Source: a virus
Taxonomy: Duplodnaviria; Caudoviricetes
DNA: 64,000 nucleotides
Direction: 5' to 3' (one strand)
IMG/VR virus record: IMGVR_UViG_3300020576_002828
Location: 3,017-67,016 of that record
Position numbers and translations under genes: made by a program. Position 1 is the stretch's first letter, and each line of letters starts with the position of its first letter. Of this stretch, positions 15,264 through 22,345 are shown one piece after another. The notes below the pieces were generated by a model. It searched no databases. It saw only the letters and a program-made list of their open reading frames with translations, and was not told the origin of the DNA.

Positions 15264-15489
15264 ACAACTCTCACGAATCTATCGTATAGATGTAAAGTTG
15301 CATATAGAGATCATGAATCAATATTACACTCGCGACAAACAACGGTGGGTGTTGGAACGAAGTGTCGTGTATCGTAGTTCTGACATATACGATCATCCAT
15401 CACAGATTGTGATGCATCGTAGTTCTGACATATACGATGCATCACAGATTGTGATGCCAGTATTATTTTATATTCAACGCCATGCGTAA
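15256..15489 (+). CDS. MRxQ micro-protein (MRRQ, 77 aa, internal duplication)
   Basis: ATGCGTAG overlap. Confidence 0.8.
   Translation: MRRQLSRIYRIDVKLHIEIMNQYYTRDKQRWVLERSVVYRSSDIYDHPSQIVMHRSSDIYDASQIVMPVLFYIQRHA
15371..15458 (+). repeat. in-frame ~45-bp tandem duplication
   Basis: ATCGTAGTTCTGACATATACGAT..CATCACAGATTGTGATGC twice. Confidence 0.9.
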
Positions 15490-15679
15490 ACAAGACCTGT
15501 TGAGCAAGGTGTTGGTGAAACAAATAGAATATGACACCCACAATCAGTTATCCTCACGTGCGAGAGTGACAAGGGGATGGTGGTGGAATAGTTATAGCTA
15601 TATATGTCAACCCGAACGTAGGTTGCGTGAAGTAATGGAAGATCTATACGAACGCTTCTTTTTTGACCACGATGCGTGA
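15482..15679 (+). CDS. MRxQ micro-protein (MRKQ, 65 aa)
   Basis: ATGCGTAA overlap. Confidence 0.8.
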   Translation: MRKQDLLSKVLVKQIEYDTHNQLSSRARVTRGWWWNSYSYICQPERRLREVMEDLYERFFFDHDA

Positions 15680-15848
15680 ACAGCGATCCGTTATTCAGCT
15701 TACCCGACTGCTACGAATTCGGTATTATATCCCAACAGTAATGCACTATAAGGGAAGTAAACGGATGTTGCAAAAATATCTACGGGTGGCCGATGTGCTG
15801 CGGAGTTCGAAGTTCTCCATTATAACACACATTATACACGATGTGTAA
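15672..15848 (+). CDS. MRxQ micro-protein (MREQ, 58 aa)
   Basis: ATGCGTGA overlap. Confidence 0.8.
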   Translation: MREQRSVIQLTRLLRIRYYIPTVMHYKGSKRMLQKYLRVADVLRSSKFSIITHIIHDV

Positions 15849-16032
15849 GCAGAGGTCAGTTAAATACCCCGTCGAACACGGAACGCATAATACGTTGATG
15901 ACTGAATATAGTATGCATGATCCAAAACATCGTCTTGAACGTGCGGTGGCGGATCGTATGGAGTATGACGTGCCCGCTGTTAACAACAGTGTGATAGTTA
16001 TGCTCCACTTAGAGGCGTATCCTCTTGCGTGA
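15841..16032 (+). CDS. MRxQ-family micro-protein (MCKQ, 63 aa)
   Basis: ATGTGTAA overlap. Confidence 0.8.
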   Translation: MCKQRSVKYPVEHGTHNTLMTEYSMHDPKHRLERAVADRMEYDVPAVNNSVIVMLHLEAYPLA

Positions 16033-16201
16033 ACAACAGCTACTCACCTATCCCATCGAACACGTTACCCATAGAACGTTGTGTAATATCTATTATACAC
16101 GTGATCCAAAAGCGTTGATAGAATCGTATATACTGACGTACATGGATAACGGGGGAGATTTGCGTTCCCTTGCAGCGATAGCCTTTGATATGGTGAAGTG
16201 A
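16025..16201 (+). CDS. MRxQ micro-protein (TTG start, REQ, 58 aa)
   Basis: TTGCGTGA overlap; homologous to both neighbours. Confidence 0.75.
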   Translation: MREQQLLTYPIEHVTHRTLCNIYYTRDPKALIESYILTYMDNGGDLRSLAAIAFDMVK

Positions 16202-16374
16202 TGCGTAAACAAATACTACTTACACATCCCGTCGTATACAAAACGCACCATATCTTGTATACGGCATATACCAAATGTGATCCGGAATACAAGTTGCGCA
16301 TCTATATGATGACGGATCGAATATTTACAATCGGCAGTGCGATTCATTCGTTTACGAATTTAATCCATGCGTAA
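16201..16374 (+). CDS. MRxQ micro-protein (MRKQ, 57 aa)
   Basis: TGATG overlap. Confidence 0.8.
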   Translation: MRKQILLTHPVVYKTHHILYTAYTKCDPEYKLRIYMMTDRIFTIGSAIHSFTNLIHA

Positions 16375-16552
16375 CCAACACGTTATAACACAAGGGGTGG
16401 ATATCACTCTGCATAACAAAGGGTTTGATGCATTTTGTACTAAATATGAAAACGCATTTATTCTCTTACACCGTTTATACGATCACGACATATATCACTT
16501 GCGAGATACAACCATTGAAGTAGAAGAATTCATATACGACCTCTATGCATAA
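16367..16552 (+). CDS. MRxQ micro-protein (MRNQ, 61 aa)
   Basis: ATGCGTAA overlap. Confidence 0.8.
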   Translation: MRNQHVITQGVDITLHNKGFDAFCTKYENAFILLHRLYDHDIYHLRDTTIEVEEFIYDLYA

Positions 16553-16745
16553 ACAAACATCTCTACAACGTGACGTGGTACTCATGACACATATGAAGCT
16601 ATATGGAAATCATCAAATCTATATGACTCCTGATATGTGGTCATACCTCAAAACTGTGGTCATATCACGTCAACCGGCGCATGCTCTGTTAGGACGGAGT
16701 GAGGTAAAAACACACATATCTGCGCAAGCTCCGTCGCCCATGTAA
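16545..16745 (+). CDS. MRxQ-family micro-protein (MHKQ, 66 aa)
   Basis: ATGCATAA overlap. Confidence 0.75.
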   Translation: MHKQTSLQRDVVLMTHMKLYGNHQIYMTPDMWSYLKTVVISRQPAHALLGRSEVKTHISAQAPSPM

Positions 16746-16926
16746 CCATGTTGCGAAGGATGGCATGAGCGTCGTCCGCGTTAGGATACGTATATTCGGT
16801 CACCAAAAGTACAACACCGTGGAAAGTGATTTCTCCACGGTATTTACCATCGGTGTCTAAATACGTGCGTTGCGAGAGATACGTGGCCGGATGTTCATGT
16901 AAGGCGACAAGCAGGGGATGGTGCAT
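16660..16926 (-). CDS. hypothetical protein
   Basis: coupled to upstream ORF; convergent overlap with 16545-16745. Confidence 0.45.
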   Translation of the reverse strand: MHHPLLVALHEHPATYLSQRTYLDTDGKYRGEITFHGVVLLVTEYTYPNADDAHAILRNMVTWATELAQICVFLPHSVLTEHAPVDVI

Positions 16927-17363
16927 CAGAGAACGAGAGCTTTAGGAAAGGTGGGATAGTGCTGACTCAAAATCTGATGGGACTGACGGACTTTTTTCTT
17001 GTCGTCTTCTTTCCCGACAATGATGGTAATGGTTTCGTAGGAGTCTGATGAAGACGCATAAATCATCACGATCCATGCACGACTCAGATTATCATATCGA
17101 AAGATCCGTTGAATGGTGCATGGGCCTTCCTTCCACCAGTCCATGATTGTCGTAAAATACGTGGCCCATCCTTTCTCGCTCAACGTAATGGCAGATCCTT
17201 TTTCCTTTTTTGATACCGGAAGAGCATCACACGCTTGTGGTCTGGTGAGCGTCTTCTGTTTGGATAGGATGGGGATTGTCACGGTAGGTGTCTTCCCAAG
17301 GGACAATCTGGAATCGGTTGCTCGTGGGGCTGTCAGAAATGCCGTACGTACGCTGGTCGTCAT
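16926..17363 (-). CDS. hypothetical protein (start uncertain)
   Basis: long ORF; 5' part overlaps next gene. Confidence 0.4.
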   Translation of the reverse strand: MTTSVRTAFLTAPRATDSRLSLGKTPTVTIPILSKQKTLTRPQACDALPVSKKEKGSAITLSEKGWATYFTTIMDWWKEGPCTIQRIFRYDNLSRAWIVMIYASSSDSYETITIIVGKEDDKKKVRQSHQILSQHYPTFPKALVL

Positions 17364-17787
17364 AGATGTAGGTAATATATCCGTACGAGGTATGTGTGGT
17401 CCAGACCCGATCACCAATGGCAAAGGGGGATGGGGTGGTGAGCGTAGCAGCCCATTCAGCAACGGCTTTAGACAAGATACGTTGCCCAATGAGCGGTAGA
17501 TCGTCTAATGTTTGGACCATCTGTGCATCAGGCGTATATCCCAAGCTATCCATCTCACGGGCGGTTTCATAGCCATCCTGACTATACTGAATACTATCCC
17601 AGATACGACGATAGACGGGACCGTAGGATTCATCTTCCTCTTCGAAATCATCGTCGTCCCATGAAATCCCGGTACCCGATGATTCAAGTTCCCTACGCAC
17701 TGCTTCCATAATCCGCGCCTTAATGGTGGCCATACCCATAGTAGGACGGATTGATGGTAGATCAGGAAACGCGTCGAGTTGATTCAT
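17227..17787 (-). CDS. hypothetical protein
   Basis: ATGA overlap at 17787. Confidence 0.7.
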   Translation of the reverse strand: MNQLDAFPDLPSIRPTMGMATIKARIMEAVRRELESSGTGISWDDDDFEEEDESYGPVYRRIWDSIQYSQDGYETAREMDSLGYTPDAQMVQTLDDLPLIGQRILSKAVAEWAATLTTPSPFAIGDRVWTTHTSYGYITYIYDDQRTYGISDSPTSNRFQIVPWEDTYRDNPHPIQTEDAHQTTSV

Positions 17788-17900
17788 GGCCAAAGTGGAC
17801 CATCATCGTCGTCAAGATCATCCCCATCATCGTCATCGTCGAAAATCTCGTCTTCGGTTATGTCTGCGTCTTGAAGATGAAGCCTTTCTGTCGGAAACAT
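17784..17900 (-). CDS. 38-aa highly acidic peptide
   Basis: hand-translated MFPTERLHLQDADITEDEIFDDDDDGDDLDDDDGPLWP; TGA overlaps next ATG. Confidence 0.45.
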   Translation of the reverse strand: MFPTERLHLQDADITEDEIFDDDDDGDDLDDDDGPLWP

Positions 17901-18070
17901 GAGGGGAGTTCTTCAGGTGGAGTGGTGTGGGGTGGAGTATCCCAAATACCGATACGTTGACGACGAACAAGTTGAGCCGTGGAAAAGGACCAACATTCAA
18001 CAACCCCGTACGGATTGTTACCCTTGTTGTAGAAGTCATCTACACACCCACGACAATTAGCCTTTTTCAT
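17858..18070 (-). CDS. small Cys-containing phage protein
   Basis: CxGC..N..ECW pattern. Confidence 0.65.
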   Translation of the reverse strand: MKKANCRGCVDDFYNKGNNPYGVVECWSFSTAQLVRRQRIGIWDTPPHTTPPEELPSCFRQKGFIFKTQT

Positions 18071-18314
18071 CAGGTGACGTGGTGTTAAGAAGTCGTAGAA
18101 TAGATGTCTTTATGGGAGTCGACGGGGGTACTGGTAGAACCGCATCACCCACAAACTCTGGACGGAAAGACGTGAAAATTGCAATAATCCCCTCGTCTCG
18201 CAGTGCCGATATTTCTTCATCGGTTACTTCAGATCGGCACTCTGGTGAGAACCATAGTATCCGAGTAGGGATTACGTATTCTTCGTCTTCGGGTGAGTCT
18301 GGTGGACCCCACAT
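18057..18314 (-). CDS. hypothetical protein
   Basis: upstream TTGACA-N17-TATTGT promoter. Confidence 0.6.
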   Translation of the reverse strand: MWGPPDSPEDEEYVIPTRILWFSPECRSEVTDEEISALRDEGIIAIFTSFRPEFVGDAVLPVPPSTPIKTSILRLLNTTSPDEKG

Positions 18315-18378
18315 AGCAACACCTGAGCAAAAGTTGATAACCGCTGATATTGAACAATACACTGACTATCGCGTGTTG

Positions 18379-18969
18379 TCAACCCTCATGTACATTTCCG
18401 GTACGCTGCCGTAGACTCTGCATGAACGCTTCCAATTCTTCGTCTGGGATGAATGGCGATACATCTTCTAACGATATTGCAGGGGTGGATCGCACTTCGG
18501 TAGGGATTCGACCAGACACCAAGAAACAACAATTAAAACACACCAATTGTAAGTTGTGTAAGTAGATGCCTTCGGAGTCATTCTTCTTAATCAATCGGAG
18601 TGGACGACGCCCATCTAAGATCCGAGACTCTGCAAACCCACATAGCATGCAGCGATATTCAATTAATTTAGACGCAATTAATCGCTTCTGCAGGGCATAC
18701 ATGGAAAAGTCTGGATATTGATTATCCAGCAATTCATGGAGCGAGATATGGGGGACGCTTTTCTTTTTGGAAATGCCCTTGCCACCCTGATTCCGATTGG
18801 GTATAAACAATCCATAGTCGGTGGCGTGTCGATGAAATGCTTTCCGAGAAATGCCAAGGAGACGGGCCGCTTGTACATTAGATTTGCTGTTGGCAATGGC
18901 GGCTTCAAATTCTTCACGGGAGGGGATGTGATGGGGGCGAGATTTGAAACCAGCAGGAGTAAGATTCAT
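18379..18969 (-). CDS. HTH + degenerate HNH/zinc-finger protein
   Basis: Fis-like AARLLGISRKAF, CxxC and NLQLVCFNC. Confidence 0.7.
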   Translation of the reverse strand: MNLTPAGFKSRPHHIPSREEFEAAIANSKSNVQAARLLGISRKAFHRHATDYGLFIPNRNQGGKGISKKKSVPHISLHELLDNQYPDFSMYALQKRLIASKLIEYRCMLCGFAESRILDGRRPLRLIKKNDSEGIYLHNLQLVCFNCCFLVSGRIPTEVRSTPAISLEDVSPFIPDEELEAFMQSLRQRTGNVHEG

Positions 18970-18981
18970 AACAAATCACTA

Positions 18982-19016
18982 CGGTCTACCTATCTGTACA
19001 CTGGATAGGTAGACCG
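18982..19016. terminator. 13-bp hairpin
   Basis: CGGTCTACCTATC / GATAGGTAGACCG. Confidence 0.6.
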
Positions 19017-19031
19017 CGTTGAGGGGGTGAT

Positions 19032-19151
19032 TTACTTCTTGGTGTCTTCGATCTTTTCGATGATGGCGTTTGCCTGACCAACACGACGATTATATCCAAG
19101 GAAATAACCAACGGCAAGAGCAGCCGCAACCAGCAATAAAGTAGTAAACAT
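19032..19151 (-). CDS. 39-aa single-pass membrane peptide
   Basis: hand-translated MFTTLLLVAAALAVGYFLGYNRR... Confidence 0.6.
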   Translation of the reverse strand: MFTTLLLVAAALAVGYFLGYNRRVGQANAIIEKIEDTKK

Positions 19152-19196
19152 AGATATATGGGTTAAGGTGATAATGGCCTTCTGGTATAAATATCG

Positions 19197-19673
19197 CTAT
19201 AGAATGGGATTCGGATGCTTTTGGTACTGAAATAGCTGGACTGCGAGAAACTGTATTTCATCGGTGACATAGACAATATCCCGATATACGATAGTGGCAG
19301 CATATTCGGGTATAAGCTTGAGATTCTTTTGTTTCGGCTTATATCCCGGTGTATAATCATCTTCTCGCATCGTATCAAACCCTATCCACCAACTACGCTG
19401 TGGGGGTGAAAATAGCATATCATCAGATGCAATAAATGAGGTATACATGATATCACCATGTACATCGATGTGCTGATACACCGGATTGGTATAGGGAATC
19501 ATGAACAGTGGATGATCTGCCGCCACTCCCACACGTCCTTGCCATGCGCCGACGACATTACGTTGTAGGACGCAGCGATACATGGTGTCTTTATCAACCC
19601 ATGATACATAATCCGGTTCATCTTTCCACGGACCATCTGGCCAATCCGTTTTATCTATTGACCATAGTTTCAT
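19197..19673 (-). CDS. conserved phage hypothetical protein
   Basis: W..GPW..EPD and GFD motifs. Confidence 0.75.
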   Translation of the reverse strand: MKLWSIDKTDWPDGPWKDEPDYVSWVDKDTMYRCVLQRNVVGAWQGRVGVAADHPLFMIPYTNPVYQHIDVHGDIMYTSFIASDDMLFSPPQRSWWIGFDTMREDDYTPGYKPKQKNLKLIPEYAATIVYRDIVYVTDEIQFLAVQLFQYQKHPNPIL

Positions 19674-20209
19674 TTAACAATCTGGAGAATCGATGCACAA
19701 ATATCGTCTAAATCGTCATCGCTATAATAGGTGAATGGAATGTCATTATCGGTAAGTAATTCAACAATATCTTGATCAATTCGAATACTTTGTTGTTCGG
19801 TATGAATGCGACCAAACATGGAATATTCGATGTCCATATTACGTGGCACCATAAGGTTAAAATTATTCATCTTCTTATATTGTTCGAAGATGACTAATTC
19901 TAGATTTGGTGATATAAAATGACTGGCATCCCTATTATAGATACATCCTAATAGAATAGGGGTGTCAGTAATGGTAACGGTCGCACGATCATACGCACAT
20001 TGATTGCGATAGAGTTGAGATGCCCACACGTATAATTGATTATTCATGGCCGATATGTTGCCTTGAATAATCATATCTTTGGCAAAATCCGTTACCAACT
20101 CACAATCGATGTGATGGCGTTTGAGCGTGGCATAAATGGTAGCGGCAGCGGTAGATTTTCCTGAGCCGGGTCCGCCGTATAATGAACATATTAATCTATC
20201 TGTTTTCAT
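19670..20209 (-). CDS. NadR-like P-loop kinase/ATPase
   Basis: GGPGSGKST, ITDTP. Confidence 0.75.
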   Translation of the reverse strand: MKTDRLICSLYGGPGSGKSTAAATIYATLKRHHIDCELVTDFAKDMIIQGNISAMNNQLYVWASQLYRNQCAYDRATVTITDTPILLGCIYNRDASHFISPNLELVIFEQYKKMNNFNLMVPRNMDIEYSMFGRIHTEQQSIRIDQDIVELLTDNDIPFTYYSDDDLDDICASILQIVK

Positions 20210-20345
20210 GTCTGTCTACTACCCATCCTAATGTTAAATAATGTGAAGGATATTTATACATTCTTCGTAATCTATCGGCACGCAATGAATGTATTTTTGC
20301 AAATTCACTCATATTAGTGTGAGTAAAAATTTCACCAGATGGCAT
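20196..20345 (-). CDS. orphan NUMOD-like DNA-binding module (49 aa)
   Basis: P.G..F.....EFAK.H.L....L.R......GW aligns by eye with GIY-YIG and sigma C-termini. Confidence 0.5.
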   Translation of the reverse strand: MPSGEIFTHTNMSEFAKIHSLRADRLRRMYKYPSHYLTLGWVVDRHENR

Positions 20346-20364
20346 CTTAACAATCCATGTGTAT

Positions 20365-20538
20365 TCAGCACATCTTTCGTTTAGACGCTTCGCCCATCAA
20401 CTGTACCAACTGCTGCATCGCTATGTCCCACTCTTCTGCCATGACTGATTGGGCAGGGGACCGCTCATGTTGAATCGCAATATCCAACTGCTGAATGCGT
20501 TTATGCAACATGAAAATCTGTGTTAAGTCTGATGCCAT
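20365..20538 (-). CDS. 57-aa helical hypothetical protein
   Basis: hand-translated, GGAG RBS. Confidence 0.55.
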   Translation of the reverse strand: MASDLTQIFMLHKRIQQLDIAIQHERSPAQSVMAEEWDIAMQQLVQLMGEASKRKMC

Positions 20539-20574
20539 ACCGGATCTCCATATCTTTGGGAGGAACGAAACCGC

Positions 20575-21399
20575 TTAGACCTTGTGATGTTCAGGCGACC
20601 ACACCGGAATATCATCATATTCTTCAACAACGCTGAAATCGTTAAAATACAAAGGTGCCTCGGTCCTTAATACACGCAGTACTTCGTTTGCCAAGATACG
20701 AATTTCTGGTTCCGCACCTGCATTAGAACGTGATTCTATGAACCATCGATACCCTCGTAAATTATTTGTCCATGTGCCACGTGTTTCTAGTCCATGGGGT
20801 AGAAGGTTACGGGCTTTTCCTCGTGCCCACTTACGTAAATCAAAACCTTTGAGGTTATTCGGATTCAGTTCTTCCAACAACCGAACCTGAATTTTGTACG
20901 CGTGAATGCTGTTGCGTGATGCGGTAAGAAAATCTGCGACTAAATCAGCTTCTGTACTATAGACCGATGCGGTGTATGCGTCGTATTCATCGCTCCATGT
21001 ATAAGTACCACCGTTGGATGTGAAGCGATTATAAATTGACGCATAAAATGGTTCTAATACGATAGCCGCATCTTCTTCTTTCGTATATCTCGTACTCCGT
21101 TGTGAGATATTGAACGGGCGATGTCGATTAAGCTCTAACGACAGGCCACGCGTAATACCTTCAATAAATAGGGAGTAGTGGATATGTTCTAATACTGATC
21201 CGTGTTTATGTTCAAGAATCGCTTCTTGATTTTCAGTATTAGATCGACCGTTGACACCAAAAGAATCGTAACATCCTTTTGCGGCAAAGCTGCCAAGTCG
21301 GGTCGCGTCATCCCCATCGTCGGGAATGGAATAGGTGGGGTGTTCAACGAACTCAGGACGGCTGACAATTGTGACAGTCGGCTGTGTAATTATTTGCAT
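20575..21399 (-). CDS. thyX: FAD-dependent thymidylate synthase
   Basis: H.SVLEH, ELNRHR...SQRSTRY, AR.LLP, N.R, R....A..EIR.LA. Confidence 0.93.
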   Translation of the reverse strand: MQIITQPTVTIVSRPEFVEHPTYSIPDDGDDATRLGSFAAKGCYDSFGVNGRSNTENQEAILEHKHGSVLEHIHYSLFIEGITRGLSLELNRHRPFNISQRSTRYTKEEDAAIVLEPFYASIYNRFTSNGGTYTWSDEYDAYTASVYSTEADLVADFLTASRNSIHAYKIQVRLLEELNPNNLKGFDLRKWARGKARNLLPHGLETRGTWTNNLRGYRWFIESRSNAGAEPEIRILANEVLRVLRTEAPLYFNDFSVVEEYDDIPVWSPEHHKV

Positions 21400-21577
21400 T
21401 TTCCAAAATCTCCGTGCGTGAGGTGATTTTGGAAAGATCTGCAAATTTGCGAACGGTGTCAACCGATCAGGACACCGTCACACAGGCGTCTCACAGCGTC
21501 ACACAATCGCATCCTAAGATGGATTGGCTCATCCGTCAAGGACCATCTACATCTTGAGACGTAGATGGCCCTTTCTC

Positions 21578-22345
21578 TTACGGATGAAACACTTCTGCCG
21601 CAATCTGTAGGGCTTGCGCCACTGTTAAGTCTGGTGTATGGTGCAAAGTGTCACGGATTCGACGCAAAGCGTGTCCGATTAACACACCAGATGGTACGTT
21701 GAAATGTTGCATCAGGTCCACACCATTGACGGGCAGAGGCGTACGCGGTATCTCAACCGGAAGGGTGAGCAGCCGTTGACGGATGCCGGTGATCTGATGG
21801 GGTAGATTAAAATCAGGTGCATGCGATATATTATCAGCATCGATCACATCCAACACCATCTCTATATGATTACCGGTCGCACTTTTGAACTTCCGAAGCG
21901 CCGAGACAGAAATGCGCTCGCCATCCTGACCCGATTGCTTGAGGCGCATATGATTACGAACCCCAATTGCAACAGCATCGATGACCTCCGGCGAGTAATG
22001 AATGCGAGCAAGGACGTGTTGAACGATCTCGACGCCTACATTCTCGTGGTCATGAAAGTGGATCTCGTTATCAATGATCCGCTGTGTCTTGGCTTTCCCA
22101 ACATCGTGAAAGAGTGCGGTCAGACGACAGAGGAATTCGGGTGTCACGTGCCGTACTACTTGTAGCGTGTGATCCCAAACATCATCTACGTGGTATTTAT
22201 TCTGCACCACACCTTTGAGTACGTGCAACTCCGGTAAATGCACTGCCAGAAACCCGTTGCGATGGGCGTCTTGCAGTGCATTTACTGCGTTAGGCGACGT
22301 GAGCGTGTCCGTGAGCCACTGTTGGATATTACGGTTTTGCGACAT
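21578..22345 (-). CDS. stand-alone HD domain of CCA-adding-enzyme type
   Basis: LPEL..L.GV.QN.YH..DVWDHT, LFHDVGK, H.F.DHE.VG; no nucleotidyltransferase head. Confidence 0.85.
   Translation of the reverse strand: MSQNRNIQQWLTDTLTSPNAVNALQDAHRNGFLAVHLPELHVLKGVVQNKYHVDDVWDHTLQVVRHVTPEFLCRLTALFHDVGKAKTQRIIDNEIHFHDHENVGVEIVQHVLARIHYSPEVIDAVAIGVRNHMRLKQSGQDGERISVSALRKFKSATGNHIEMVLDVIDADNISHAPDFNLPHQITGIRQRLLTLPVEIPRTPLPVNGVDLMQHFNVPSGVLIGHALRRIRDTLHHTPDLTVAQALQIAAEVFHP

Larger units (their letters stand above)
5705..16745. other. MRxQ micro-gene array: 55 ORFs in four clusters (5705-7264 +, 7359-8564 -, 8734-13913 -, 14710-16745 +)
   Basis: every ORF read from sequence; all have Gln4; nearly all starts overlap the previous stop. 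Confidence 0.93.

Noticed and set aside
5705-16745. CRISPR array (regular short repeats with ~170-nt spacing)
   Set aside because: The conserved part is only 9-12 nt and degenerate, the intervals are intact coupled ORFs, and there are no cas genes
5705-16745. Diversity-generating retroelement
   Set aside because: No reverse transcriptase or TR/VR pair in the window; paralog differences are not adenine-specific
5705-16745. Integron cassette array
   Set aside because: No attC-like palindromes or intergenic space between units and no integrase seen
5705-16745. RiPP precursor library
   Set aside because: Conserved leader is only 4 residues and no recognisable maturase, protease or transporter is adjacent; not excluded in trans
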